From the NCBI GenBank assembly GCA_963743835.1, contig CAVUQX010000005.1, forward strand, positions 78,246 to 142,245: a stretch of 64,000 bases of DNA, read 5' to 3'. This DNA is from Candidatus Dormiibacterota bacterium (lineage in GTDB: Bacteria > Chloroflexota > Dormibacteria > Aeolococcales > Aeolococcaceae). The notes under the pieces were generated by a model. That model was not told the DNA's origin, searched no databases, and worked only from the letters and a program-made list of their open reading frames with translations. The position numbers and the translations under genes are program-made. Positions 20,965 to 31,849 of this stretch are shown here, in pieces; position 1 is the first letter of the stretch, and each line of letters opens with the position of its first letter.

Positions 20965-22233
20965 ATGGAATCGCTCGGTATCGGCCTGCTCGGGCTCGGA
21001 ACGGTGGGTACCGCGGTCGCAAAGCGGCTCATCGACGAATGGGAATTGCTCGGCGAGCGTGCCGGTGCGACTCCCGCGCTGCGCTGCGTGGCGGTCCGCG
21101 ACACCTCGCGTTCCCGCGGCTTCGACCTCAAGAACGTCCGGATTGTCGGTGATCCCGAGGCCGTGGTCGCCGACCCAGCGGTGGCGATCGTGGTCGAAGC
21201 GATCGGCGGCACCGATCCCGCGACCTCCCTGATCGAGGCGTCTCTGCGCGCCGGCAAGACGGTGGTGACCGCCAACAAAGCGGTGATCGCGGCGTCCGGC
21301 TCACGGTTGAGCACCCTCGCCGCCGAGCACGGCGCGCGCCTGTATTTCGAAGCCACCGTGGGCGCGGGGCTGCCGATCATCGGGGTGCTGCGCGACAGCC
21401 TGCTCGGGGATCGCATCTCCGCACTCGACGGCGTCATCAACGGCACCACCAACGTCATCCTCACGCAGATGCGCGGCGCGGGTGTCACCTACGAGAGCGC
21501 GCTCGACGATGCCCGGCGTCGCGGTTTTGCCGAGGCGGATCCGTCGCTGGATGTCGACGGCTGGGATGCGGTCCACAAGCTGGTGATCCTCGCGTGGCTC
21601 GCGTTCGGTGTTCACGTCGCGCCCGACGACGTGGACCGCCGCGGGATCCGGGACGTCGCCGGAGCCGACGTGGGAGCGCTCGCCGAGCTCGGCTACCGCG
21701 TGCGTCTGCTGGCACATGCCGAGCGCGCGGTGGGGACCGCCGTCCATCTGCGCGTGCGTCCGACCGCCGTCGGGCCGGGGCACCTGCTCCACGACGTCGA
21801 TGATGCCGACAATGCTGTCATCATCTCGAGCGACCTCGAGGGGACGGTGATGCTGCGCGGGCTCGGCGCCGGAGGCTCGTCGACGGCGAGTGCGGTTGTG
21901 AGCGACGTGGTCAACGCAATACGGGAGCGTGGGGCTGCGGCTGTGCACCGTCCAGCCCTCGCGGTGCCCACGCTGCTCGGCGACGAGGATGTCGAGGTTG
22001 CGGGGTACGTCCGGCTGCGGCTCTCGGCCGAACCCGAGGCGCGCGCGCTGGTGCTCCAGGCACTCGAGGACCGTGGGGTGGCAGTCGATGCGGCCGTCGA
22101 CCTCACCGGCTCGGAGCTCATCGTGCTCACCGGTGTGGCCCCGCGTGCGGTTCACGATCGCGCGCTCGAGACGCTCGACACCTTGACCTCTGTCGACCAG
22201 ATCCTCGGCGCCCTGGACCGGGTCGAGGCGTAG
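20965..22233 (+). CDS. hom: homoserine dehydrogenase
   Basis: GLGTVG, VVTANK, FEATVGAGLP, NGTTN, GFAEADP. Confidence 0.95.
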   Translation: MESLGIGLLGLGTVGTAVAKRLIDEWELLGERAGATPALRCVAVRDTSRSRGFDLKNVRIVGDPEAVVADPAVAIVVEAIGGTDPATSLIEASLRAGKTVVTANKAVIAASGSRLSTLAAEHGARLYFEATVGAGLPIIGVLRDSLLGDRISALDGVINGTTNVILTQMRGAGVTYESALDDARRRGFAEADPSLDVDGWDAVHKLVILAWLAFGVHVAPDDVDRRGIRDVAGADVGALAELGYRVRLLAHAERAVGTAVHLRVRPTAVGPGHLLHDVDDADNAVIISSDLEGTVMLRGLGAGGSSTASAVVSDVVNAIRERGAAAVHRPALAVPTLLGDEDVEVAGYVRLRLSAEPEARALVLQALEDRGVAVDAAVDLTGSELIVLTGVAPRAVHDRALETLDTLTSVDQILGALDRVEA

Positions 22234-22239
22234 GCGGCC

Positions 22240-23299
22240 GTGACCACGCGCGCTCAGGGCGTCATCGCCCGCTGGGCCGATCGCCTTGCGCTGTCGCCCA
22301 TGGCGCCGCACATCAGCCTCGGCGAGGGCAGCACTCCGTGTGTGGAGTTGCTGACCATCGGCCCGTCGCTGGGCCTGGCGTCGTTGCATTTCAAGCTCGA
22401 GGGCCTGAATCCGACCGGGTCGTTCAAGGATCGCGGCATGGTGGTGGCGGTGGCCGCAGCGCTCCATGAAGGGAGCACCGCGATCATCTGCGCGTCGACC
22501 GGGAACACCAGCGCATCAGCGGCTGCGTACGGAGGGCGGTTCGGACTTCGGACTGTCGTCGTCGTACCCCAAGGGCACATCGCGTCGGGGAAGCTCGTCC
22601 AGGCACGAGTTCACGGGGCGACCGTGGTGAGCATCAGAGGCGGCTTCGACGTCGCGCTGCGGGTCGTGCGCGAGCTCTGCGAACGCCACCCGGTCACGCT
22701 CGTCAACAGCGTGAACCCGAACCGGATCGAGGGCCAGAAGACAGCCGCCTTCGAGATCGTGGATGAGCTCGGCGACGCGCCGGATGTGCTGGCCCTGCCG
22801 GTCGGCAACGCGGGCAACATCACCGCCTACTGGCGCGGGTTCCAAGAGGAGCATCGCGACGGCCGAGCCAGCAGGCTGCCGCGCATGTTCGGCGCCCAGG
22901 CCTCGGGAGCGGCCCCCCTCGTCCTGGGACGCCCGATCGACAACCCGCAGACGGTGGCGACGGCGATTCGCATCGGCAACCCTGCGTCCTGGCAGGGAGC
23001 GGTGGATGCTCGCGATCAATCCGAGGGGTTGATCGCGTCGGTCGATGATGCGGCAATCCTCGACGCGCAGCAGCGCCTGGCACGCCTCGAAGGCATCTTC
23101 TGCGAGCCCGCGTCGGCAGCGGCGCTGGCGGTTCTCGAGCGCGCCATCGCAGATGGGGTGGTGGCCCGTGGGACTCATGCGGTCTGTGTGCTGACCGGCA
23201 ACGGGTCTGAAGGACCCGGGCGCAGTTGAGGCGGCGCTGTCTCCGATCGCCGAGATCGCCCCGGACGCGAGCGCCCTGGCGCGCGTCATCCAGGTCTGA
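22240..23299 (+). CDS. thrC: threonine synthase (indel at ~23204)
   Basis: NPTGSFKDRG, ASTGNTS, PVGNAGN, EPASA; restored TGNGLKDP ending at TGA 23299. Confidence 0.95.
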
Positions 23300-23303
23300 G
23301 GGC

Positions 23304-24206
23304 ATGCGCGTCCGCGTTGCCGTTCCCGCCAGCGTCGCCAATCTGGGCCCGGGGTTCGACATCCTGGCACTGGCGCTCCAGTTGCAGAACGACATCCGCG
23401 CCGAGCAGGTCGACGGCAATGACCTCACCATCGATCCAGGGCCCGGAGCCCCCGACGAATTTCGTGATCCGTCGCTGAATCTCGTCTCGCGCGCGTACGT
23501 GTACGCGAGCGAGGTCGTCCTCGGCGTCCAGGGCGGGGGTGTGCACTTCACCTGCGTGAGCCGGATCCCGATCGGCCGCGGTCTCGGGTCCAGCGCGGCA
23601 GCGGTTCTCGCTGGAGTGCTCACTGCGAGCGCACTCCACCGGGCTCCATGGGACGAGAACGATGTGCTCAACCACGCAGGGGCCCTCGAAGGCCACCGGG
23701 ACAACGTAGCCGCGGCGCTCCTTGGCGGGCTCGCGATCTGCTCTCCAGGCGCGCCGGCCACACAACTGCCGGTTGCGGATGAATTGCGCGCCGTCCTTTT
23801 TATCCCCGATACCGAGTTTGAGACCGCGGAATCACGGAGGGTCGTGCCAATCGAGTTCAGCCGAGCCGATGCGATTTTCAATGCGAGCCGCTGCGCGCTC
23901 CTTGTGCGGGCTCTCGCGTTAGGCGACCACGCCTCACTTCGGATCGCGATGCAGGATCGCTGGCACCAAGACGCACGCTTTGCGCTCATCCCTGGAGCGC
24001 GAGCGATCGTCGATGCCGCGAACGAGGCCGGCGCGTCGGGTGCTGCGCTCGCGGGTGCTGGACCATCGATCATCGCGTTGACGCCCCTCGACCCGGAGCC
24101 CATCGTGGTGGCCATGGCTGACGCGGCCGAGGCAGCAGGCGTTGCAGGGCACACCATGGTTCTCCCACCGCGCAACTACGGCACGCGCGTGGACATCTCG
24201 GCATGA
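23304..24206 (+). CDS. thrB: homoserine kinase
   Basis: VPASVANLGPGFD, PIGRGLGSSAA, EGHRDN. Confidence 0.95.
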   Translation: MRVRVAVPASVANLGPGFDILALALQLQNDIRAEQVDGNDLTIDPGPGAPDEFRDPSLNLVSRAYVYASEVVLGVQGGGVHFTCVSRIPIGRGLGSSAAAVLAGVLTASALHRAPWDENDVLNHAGALEGHRDNVAAALLGGLAICSPGAPATQLPVADELRAVLFIPDTEFETAESRRVVPIEFSRADAIFNASRCALLVRALALGDHASLRIAMQDRWHQDARFALIPGARAIVDAANEAGASGAALAGAGPSIIALTPLDPEPIVVAMADAAEAAGVAGHTMVLPPRNYGTRVDISA

Positions 24207-24225
24207 CGCGTGCGGACGTCTCGCC

Positions 24226-25443
24226 ATGACCCGGGTGGTGCAGAAATACGGCGGTTCGAGCGTCGCCACGCCGATGAAGCTGCGCCGAGTGGCGCGCCGC
24301 ATCCGCGAATCGCTGGGCGCCGGCAGCGAGGTCGTGGTGGTGGTCAGCGCCATGGGCGACACCACTGACGAGCTCATCGCGCTCGCCCACCGCATCACCG
24401 GCGATCCGCCGTCACGTGAGATGGACATGCTGCTGAGCAGCGGGGAGACGATCACGGCGCCGCTGCTGGCGATGGCCCTGCATGCCGCCGGCACGCCCGC
24501 GATCTCGCTGACCGGCGCCCAGGCGGGCATCCGCACCAGCAGCGCGCACCGCACCGCACGAATCGTCGACATCGTGCCGCAGCGGGTGCTCGACGAGCTC
24601 AAGCGTGGCAACGTGGTGGTGGTCGCGGGGTTCCAGGGCGCGACCGAGGACATGGACGTCACCACCCTCGGCCGCGGCGGATCGGACACGACCGCCGTGG
24701 CGCTGGCGGTGGCGATCCGTGCTCATCACTGCGAGATCTTCACCGACGTCCCCGGCGTGCACACCGCAGACCCCCGCATCGTTCCCAACGCCCGCGTGAT
24801 CGCCGCCATCGATTACGACGAGATGCTCGAGCTTGCCTCGGCCGGGGCTCGCGTGATGCATCCGCGCGCCGTCGAGATCGGCGAGGCCTACTCGATGGAA
24901 ATACGCGTCCGATCCACGTTCGACAACGAACCGGGGACAATCATCGCGAAGCGGGACAAGATGGAAATACGCCAGAAGGTGCGCGCCATCGCGCACGAGA
25001 CCGATGTCGCGAAGGTGACGATCCTTCGCGTGCCTGACAAACCGGGGGTCGCCGCGGCGGTCTTCGGTCCATTCGGCGATGCGGGCATCGACATCGACAT
25101 CGTCCTCCAGAACGTGAGCCACGACGGCACCACCGACCTGAGCTTCACCATCGCGGAGTTGCACCTGCCCAGGGCTCGTCGCATGCTCCCGTCGGTGGCG
25201 AAGAGCGTGCAGGCGCAGGGCTACACGGCCACCGCCGGCATCGCCAAGGTCACCGTCATCGGCAGCGGGCTCCGGGGAACGCCCGGGATCTACGCGAAGA
25301 TCTTCCGCGCGCTCGCCGACTCGGGGATCAACATCCAGATGATCGCCACCAGCGAGATACACGTGACCTGCATCATCGATCGTCCGCGCGTCCGAGATGC
25401 CGTGCGTGCCCTGCATACCGCGTTCGAGCTGGAAAGGATTTGA
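24226..25443 (+). CDS. lysC: aspartate kinase
   Basis: [28 protein letters not shown], two ACT domains. Confidence 0.95.
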   Translation: MTRVVQKYGGSSVATPMKLRRVARRIRESLGAGSEVVVVVSAMGDTTDELIALAHRITGDPPSREMDMLLSSGETITAPLLAMALHAAGTPAISLTGAQAGIRTSSAHRTARIVDIVPQRVLDELKRGNVVVVAGFQGATEDMDVTTLGRGGSDTTAVALAVAIRAHHCEIFTDVPGVHTADPRIVPNARVIAAIDYDEMLELASAGARVMHPRAVEIGEAYSMEIRVRSTFDNEPGTIIAKRDKMEIRQKVRAIAHETDVAKVTILRVPDKPGVAAAVFGPFGDAGIDIDIVLQNVSHDGTTDLSFTIAELHLPRARRMLPSVAKSVQAQGYTATAGIAKVTVIGSGLRGTPGIYAKIFRALADSGINIQMIATSEIHVTCIIDRPRVRDAVRALHTAFELERI

Positions 25444-26527
25444 GTCTCAGTGTCGGCATCGTCGGACTGCCAAACGCCGGGAAGTCGACGCTTTTCAACG
25501 CGATGACCCAGGCCGGCGCTGCGGTCGGCAACTACCCGTTCACCACCATCGAGCCGAACACGGGGGTCGTGCCTGTCCCGACTCGCGCCTCGACCGGCTG
25601 GCCGCGCTGTTCCAGCCGCCCAAGGTGATCCCTGCCACCGTGACGTTCACCGATATCGCCGGACTGGTGCGCGGCGCGAGCCGTGGCGAGGGCCTCGGCA
25701 ACCGCTTCCTCGGACACATTCGCGAGGCTGATGCGACAGCCCTCGTGGTTCGCGCGTTCGAGGATCCCGATGTCACGCACGTCGAGGGGGACGTGGATCC
25801 GGTTCGCGACATCGACGTGCTCGAGCTCGAGCTCCAGCTCGCCGACCTCGAGACCGTCACCAAGCGTTTGGAGCGCACCGAGAAGAGCGCGCGCCTGCAG
25901 AAGGAGAAGGAACCCGATTTGATCGCGCTCCTGCGTCGCGTCCAGGAACACCTCGACCAGGGCCGGCCGGTGCGGACGATGACGCTGACCGCTGAGGAGC
26001 GGTCGATGCTCCGCGAGTTCTGGTTGCTCACCGGCAAGCCGCTGATGGTCGTCGTCAACGTGGCGGAGTCCGCGGCGGGGCAGCCCGTGCCCGACGAGAT
26101 CGTGCAGCGCGCGCGGCTCGCGGGAGGTGACGCCATCGCGGTGTCTGCGCGTATCGAGAACGACATCGCCGAGCTCGATGCCGCTGATCGAGCCGCATTT
26201 CTGCATGACCTCAATCTCGACGAGCCGGGGCTGTACCGGGTTGCGCGCAGCGCGTATCGATTGCTCCGGCTGATCACGTTCTTCACCGCCGGGGAGACCG
26301 AGGTGCGCGCCTGGAACCTCCGCGAGGGCGAGACCGCGCTCGACGCCGCGGCGAGCGTCCACAGCGACATTGCGCGAGGCTTCATCCGCGCCGAGGTGGC
26401 CGACGCCGAGGAGTTGCTCGATGCGGGCTCGTACGCGGTGCTGCGCGAGCGCGGCAAGCAGCGGCTCGAAGGTCGCGACTATGTCATGCGCGACGGCGAC
26501 GTCATTCACGTGCGATTCAATGTCTGA
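25440..26527 (+). CDS. ychF: redox-regulated ATPase YchF (indel at ~25579)
   Basis: [37 protein letters not shown]-domain EGRDY. Confidence 0.95.
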
Positions 26528-27314
26528 CCCACGGGGGGGTTCCCCCGTGGGCGCCCCCGTCTATAACGGTGACCGGCTCGAGCTGATCATCGACGCACCC
26601 GTCCCCGGGGTGGAGAACATGCGTCGCGACCTGGAGCTGCTGGACGCCTGCGCGCGGGGCGAGATTCCGGGTGCGGTGCGTCTGTACGGTTTCGCGCCAG
26701 CGTGTCTGAGTCTCGGTCGGATGCAACCGATCGACGACGTCGACCTCGACGCCTGCGCGCGAGACGGTGTCGACGTGGTGCGCCGGCCGAGCGGTGGCAG
26801 GGCCGTGCTGCACGACCAGGAGGTGACCTACGCCGTGGTCTGCCGTTCGACGGATCCAAACTTCGGTGGGCGCGTGCTGGAGTCGTGCTCACGGATCCAC
26901 GAGGCCGTCGCGGCAGGGCTGGCGACACTCGGTGTGCACACGACTCCCCGCGCGCTGCCTGCCAACCTCAGGCGCGACGCCCGCGCGGTCGCAGCACTCG
27001 CGGATTGCTTTGCCCGCCCCGCTGCCCACGAACTGCTCGACGATCGTGGACGGAAACTCGTCGGCAGTGCGCAAGCGAGACGCGCCGGCGCGCTGCTCCA
27101 GCATGGATCGGTGCTGCTCGAGTCCCCGCGCGCAGCGCGGTACCTCCGTGGCGGCGTTGCGCTTTCACCGGGCGGCATTGGGGTTCGCGAAATGCTGGGG
27201 CGCCTCGTGAGCCGTGACGAGCTTGTCGATGCGCTCGCGGCGGGGTTCGGCAGCGTTCTGAGGAGATCGGCCCGGAAAGAGCCTGTCACGGGAGGTCCGG
27301 CCTCGACGCACTAA
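26520..27314 (+). CDS. lipoate-protein ligase family (LipM-like octanoyltransferase)
   Basis: NM..D, VRRPSGGRAVLHD, CF, KLVGSAQ, LQHGS. Confidence 0.85.
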   Translation: MSDPRGGSPVGAPVYNGDRLELIIDAPVPGVENMRRDLELLDACARGEIPGAVRLYGFAPACLSLGRMQPIDDVDLDACARDGVDVVRRPSGGRAVLHDQEVTYAVVCRSTDPNFGGRVLESCSRIHEAVAAGLATLGVHTTPRALPANLRRDARAVAALADCFARPAAHELLDDRGRKLVGSAQARRAGALLQHGSVLLESPRAARYLRGGVALSPGGIGVREMLGRLVSRDELVDALAAGFGSVLRRSARKEPVTGGPASTH

Positions 27315-28755
27315 TGAGCCCTTCTTCTTGCGCGTGCATCGGCAGCCGGAACACGAGAACGAAGGCGGCTGCCAGTGGTACCAGGCTGGCCAGGGCGGTG
27401 ACCCGCAATGCCTCGGGCGGGACATGGTGGGCGAAGACTGAGAAGAAGATCGTGCCGAGCACAGCGACTCCGAGCGCGGTCGAGAGTTGTTGGACGGCTT
27501 CCATGACGCCTGAGGCAGATCCAACCTCCTCCATGGTCACGCTGGTGAGGATGAACTGGAAAAGCTGACCGATGCTGGCACCGACGCCCGCACCGATGAA
27601 GAACAGGCCTGGGACGAGGTCCCAGGTCGAGGCCGTGCGCGCTCCGGTGAGGATCAGAACGACCCCGATCGCGCCGGCGGCGATGAGCAGGATTCCGATG
27701 TGGAGGAGGTGACGTCCGAGCCGCTTGACGGCCGCGGAGGAGCCGACCATCCCGAGAATCAATCCCACGACCATCGGCGTTAACGTCAGCGCGGCGTGGA
27801 TCGGTGACCAGCCTTCGCCGAGCTGGCCGAAGAGCGATACGCACAGGAGCAGGCCGCCGAACGCGCCAAAGAGGGCCATGACGACTGCGATGCCGCTGAG
27901 GAAGGTGCGATTGGTGAGCAGTGAGGGTTCGATCAACGGGCTCTTGCTGCGCCGCTCGTGCCATAGGAAGGCGACGAGCAGGATTGCGCCGGCCGCCAGC
28001 ATTGCGAATGACCAGGCGGGCCAGCCGTCGGTCTGACCCTGGATAAGGGGGTAGATGATCGCGACCAGCGCCAGGCCGACGAGCCACACGCCCCCGACGT
28101 CGAGCTTGACGTTGGGGTGAGTGGCGCCACGCGGCAGCGAGCGGATCGCGAGAAGCAGGGCCAGCGCGCCGATCGGAACATTGATGAGGAATACCATTCG
28201 CCACCCGGTGCCCCAGAGATTGGCATCGATGAGTGCGCCGGCGATGATCGGCGCGGCGAGCATCGGCACACCCGTGGCTGGACCGAACAGACCCAGTGCC
28301 TTGGCGATTTCGGCGTCGTCGGTGAAGACCTGCTTCATCAAGCCGAAACCCTGCGGGATCATGAGCGCGCCGAAAGCGCCTTGGAGCGCGCGGAAGGCAA
28401 TCAGCACGCCGATGCTCGGCGCCGCGGCGCAGGCAGCCGAGAAGAGGGTGAACCCGGCCGAGCCGGTGAGAAATAGGCGACGACGGCCGAGGATGTCCCC
28501 GAGTCGTGCGCCGGCGATCAGCAGGACGGCGAAGGCGAGGGTATAGGCAGCGCTGAGCCACTGGATGCTGGTCGCGCCTCCCCCGAGGTCGCGATGGATC
28601 GAGGGGGAGGCGACGTTGACGATCGTGGCGTCGAGCAGATCCATGATGTTGCCGGCCAGCACGACGGCCGCCACCACCCAGCGCAAGCGATAACGCTGAG
28701 CGCTGGTGGTGCCGGCGTCGGCCGGCGGGGAAACCGGCATGGGGGTGGTGGCCAT
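27286..28755 (-). CDS. DHA2 (14-TMS) MFS efflux transporter
   Basis: LDATIVNVA, GARLGDILGRRR, WRMVFLINVPIG; true stop may be 27311. Confidence 0.9.
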   Translation of the reverse strand: MATTPMPVSPPADAGTTSAQRYRLRWVVAAVVLAGNIMDLLDATIVNVASPSIHRDLGGGATSIQWLSAAYTLAFAVLLIAGARLGDILGRRRLFLTGSAGFTLFSAACAAAPSIGVLIAFRALQGAFGALMIPQGFGLMKQVFTDDAEIAKALGLFGPATGVPMLAAPIIAGALIDANLWGTGWRMVFLINVPIGALALLLAIRSLPRGATHPNVKLDVGGVWLVGLALVAIIYPLIQGQTDGWPAWSFAMLAAGAILLVAFLWHERRSKSPLIEPSLLTNRTFLSGIAVVMALFGAFGGLLLCVSLFGQLGEGWSPIHAALTLTPMVVGLILGMVGSSAAVKRLGRHLLHIGILLIAAGAIGVVLILTGARTASTWDLVPGLFFIGAGVGASIGQLFQFILTSVTMEEVGSASGVMEAVQQLSTALGVAVLGTIFFSVFAHHVPPEALRVTALASLVPLAAAFVLVFRLPMHAQEEGLISASRPDLP

Positions 28756-28778
28756 GGACGCGTCCTCGAGGTCATGCA

Positions 28779-28823
28779 CGAACGATGTTCGATACGAACA
28801 CTGTACGTGACGGACGCCGTTCC
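28779..28823. promoter_or_regulatory. three tandem TetR-type operators, 16-bp period
   Basis: CGAACgatGTTCG (28779), CGAACactGTACG (28795), CGGACgccGTTCC (28811) between divergent MFS and TetR. Confidence 0.65.
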
Positions 28824-28846
28824 TGTCAAGTAGAGTTCAGTCCGCC

Positions 28847-29573
28847 ATGTCCCTCGCCGGCGGTCCGCCTCCGACGAACCCGAGAAGAAGTCATCGCTCG
28901 AACTCGGGACCGCCCCGCAAAGGCGCCGCTCAGCGAGGAGGCCGTCGTCGACGCGGCCCTGGCCATCCTTCAGTCGGACGGTCTGGAAGCAGTCACCATG
29001 CGTCGGGTCGCATCCGCCCTGGACACGGGAGCCGCCTCGCTCTACGTCTACGTGTCCGGGCGCGAAGGCCTTCTTCAGGCCATGCTGGATCGGGTCACTG
29101 CCACGATCGAGCTCGAGGCCCCGGACCCTTCACGTTGGCGTGCTCAGCTGCATTCGCTGCTGCAGCGCATGCATCAAGCACTCGTCACTCATCCAGGAAT
29201 CGCCGCGCTGACGCTGGAGGATCCACCTACGACCGACGTGGTGCTGCATCTGACCGAGAATCTGCTTGGGATCCTGCTCGCGGGTGGGCTTGACCCCCAG
29301 GACGCCATCTGGGCTAGCGACATCTTCGTGTTGTTGGTGACGGCCATCGCCAGTGAGGACGATGTGCGGCGTGCTCGCGGCCGCGACGACGACGCCCACC
29401 GCCGGGAACAGATTGACGAGATCTACAAGACCTTCGCCGCACTCCCCCCCGAGCAGTTCCCGCTCATCTCCGCCCACGCCGCACAGATGGTCGCCGGCGA
29501 TCACAACGAGCGATTCCGCTTTGCCATTGACGTTGTCATTGACGGCGTCATCGCGAGAGCAGCCCAGCGTTAA
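28847..29573 (+). CDS. TetR/AcrR regulator (TetR_C type; indel at ~28901)
   Basis: RPAKAPLS..VTMRRVA..GAASLYVYV; ATG 28847 joins in frame after removing one base in GAACTC. Confidence 0.85.
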
Positions 29574-29640
29574 TCCGTGCCCTCCGGCAGGAGGGCGCCC
29601 AGCGCCTCGCGGCTTCGACGCGTGGCATGCATCCTCGTTA

Positions 29641-29669
29641 TTGAATACCCCTGCATGATGTGCTAGCGT
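29641..29669 (+). promoter_or_regulatory. sigma70-like promoter
   Basis: TTGAAT-17 bp-TAGCGT with TG extension. Confidence 0.5.
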
Positions 29670-29890
29670 TCCGCGCAGGCCACAAGATGTAGGGCTGCAC
29701 CCCTTATGTCTCACGGCTCGTCGGGCAGCGGGCGCCGGGCCCTCCCATCGCTCAGGCCATGGCTCCTTTCGTGGCCGCTCTCATCCGGAGGCCCGCTGCC
29801 TGCTCCAAGCTCGGTGCTCGATGGTCGGTCCACGCGGGGCTTTCGACGTCGGGCTGGCCCCGTAGCCCCTGATACGCTTCGAAGACCTCA

Positions 29891-30388
29891 ATGGCCAAGA
29901 AGACCCGAAAGCAGAAGCAGCGCGCGGCGACGCGGCGACCGGGGGCGACGGCGCCGGCGGCCCCCGGGGCCGGTGCACGCCAGGTCGCACCGTCGGCCCC
30001 AGCCGCTCAACGTCTCGCCCCGGCCACATCGCGCGCGACGCAGCCCCAGGTATTGCCGGAGACGGTGCTGCCACTCGCGGGCACCGAGCTCGACATCGAG
30101 TCAGAGCAGGTCGAGGAGTACGAGACCGCGAACAACCAAGTGGCGGTGGCAGACAGCTCGGCACGCCGCCGGGTGCAGCGCGTCAATCCGGCAGCCCAAC
30201 CACGCGCGCCGAGGGGTCAGGTGAACGCCGCCGCGATGTTTCTGCCGCTCGACAGCGACGACGCCGCGATCCCCTTCGACCGGGTTCCCTATGTGCCGCG
30301 CGACCTTCGTCGCGTTGCGATCATGGCCGCGCTCATGATCGTGCTCATCCTCATTGCTGCGGTCGTGGTGACACGCATCAATCCGTGA
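29891..30388 (+). CDS. tail-anchored hypothetical membrane protein
   Basis: Basic, low-complexity N-terminus; single C-terminal TM (VAIMAALMIVLILIAAVVV) followed by 5 residues. Confidence 0.7.
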   Translation: MAKKTRKQKQRAATRRPGATAPAAPGAGARQVAPSAPAAQRLAPATSRATQPQVLPETVLPLAGTELDIESEQVEEYETANNQVAVADSSARRRVQRVNPAAQPRAPRGQVNAAAMFLPLDSDDAAIPFDRVPYVPRDLRRVAIMAALMIVLILIAAVVVTRINP

Positions 30389-30404
30389 GCATCGAGACAC
30401 CCGC

Positions 30405-31579
30405 GTGCGAGTGATCCTCTATACAGGCAAGGGCGGCGTCGGCAAGACCACCGTGGCGGCGGCCACCGCCGTCAGGTGCGCGAGTTCTCGGCTACAAGAA
30501 CTCTGGTCATCAGCACCGACGCTGCGCACAGTCTCGGCGATAGTGTCGACCAGGAAATCGGCGATCAGCCGACCGAGCTTGCGCCGAACCTCTGGGGACA
30601 GGAGGTCAACGCGCTCCACGAGCTCGAGGAGCACTGGGACCGCATCCACATCTACCTGACGTCACTGTTCGCGTCCCAGGGCGTCGATGACATCGTCGCC
30701 GAGGAAATGGCATCGCCTCCAGGCATGGAGGAGGTCGCCAGCCTCATGTGGATCAAGAAGCACAAGCGCGAGGGCAAGTTCGACGTCCTCATCGTCGATT
30801 GCGCCCCCACCGGCGAGACGCTGCAGTTGCTTGCGTTTCCCGACGTGGCCAAGTGGTATCTCGACCGCATCTTCCCGATTCACCGGATGATGAACAAGGT
30901 CGCCCGGCCGGTGATGCAGCCGTTCATCAGCATCCCGCTGCCGAGCGATGAGATCTTCAGCAACGTGAAGGACCTCCTCCTCGACCTCGAGGGGATGAAG
31001 AAGATCCTCGGCGATCCCAAGGTGTGCACCACGCGCATCGTGCTGAACCTCGAGAAGATGGTGGTGAAGGAGGCGCAGCGCGCCTTCACCTACCTGAGCC
31101 TCTATGACTATCTCACCGACCTGGTGGTGGTCAACCGCGTGCTGCCTCCTGAGGTCACCGACGCGTACTTCGACTCGTGGCGCGAGGCGCAGCAGCGGTA
31201 CTCGCTGATGGTGGAGACCGCGTTCTCGCCCATCCCAACCCTTCGCACCAAGCTGTTCGACCACGAGATCGTCGGGCTCGACTCGCTCGCGGAGATGGGC
31301 GAGTCGATCTACGGCGACCTTGATCCCTCGCAGATCTTCTATCACTCCGTGCCGCAGCGCATCCGCAAGGTCGGCAACACGTATGAGCTTCAGCTGCACC
31401 TCCCGTTCGTGGGCAAGGAGGACGTCGACATCAAGCATCGTGAGGGCGAGCTGTTCGTCAGCGTCGGGCCCTACAAACGCGAGATCTCACTGCCGCGCGT
31501 GCTCAACGGCAAGCGCGTGACCAAGGGCCGGCTGGACGAGGGGATGCTCTCTGTGACCTTCGCGGATCGCACGCCGTGA
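30405..31579 (+). CDS. ArsA/GET3-family ATPase with C-terminal alpha-crystallin domain (Get3d-like; two indels at 30482-30503)
   Basis: GKGGVGKTT, STDAAHSL, PGMEE, DCAPTGETL, VVVNR, C-terminal HSP20-like beta domain. Confidence 0.9.
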
Positions 31580-31839
31580 GCGACGCGCTGTGGGCACAGG
31601 CAACACGGCTCGTCGATGAGGCATCGCGGCTCCTCGGGACCTCCTTCAGCGACATCGTGCCTCCCGAGGCACAGCGACATCTCCTGATCGCTCAGCGCGA
31701 GCTGCTGCTCGCGCTCGCCGCGGTGATCGATCATCACACCCAGGAGCAGGAGACCACCGAGTCCCCGTCGCGCGGACGGAGACGCTCACGGAGCGGAACA
31801 GAGCGCTCGCGGCGGCCGTCGCGGGTCGAGCTCGAGTAG
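31576..31839 (+). CDS. small helical hypothetical protein coupled to the ArsA-like ATPase
   Basis: GTGA overlap; PPEAQRHL..AQRELLLA; C-terminal RVELE. Confidence 0.7.
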   Translation: MSDALWAQATRLVDEASRLLGTSFSDIVPPEAQRHLLIAQRELLLALAAVIDHHTQEQETTESPSRGRRRSRSGTERSRRPSRVELE

Positions 31840-31849
31840 CCGTCGCCGG

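Noticed and set aside
29679-29694. NrdR-box-like GCCACAAGATGTAGGG
   Set aside because: Single imperfect copy with no nucleotide-reduction gene downstream.
30405-31579. Arsenite-efflux ATPase ArsA
   Set aside because: Single ATPase domain with an alpha-crystallin tail and no arsR/B/C/D nearby.
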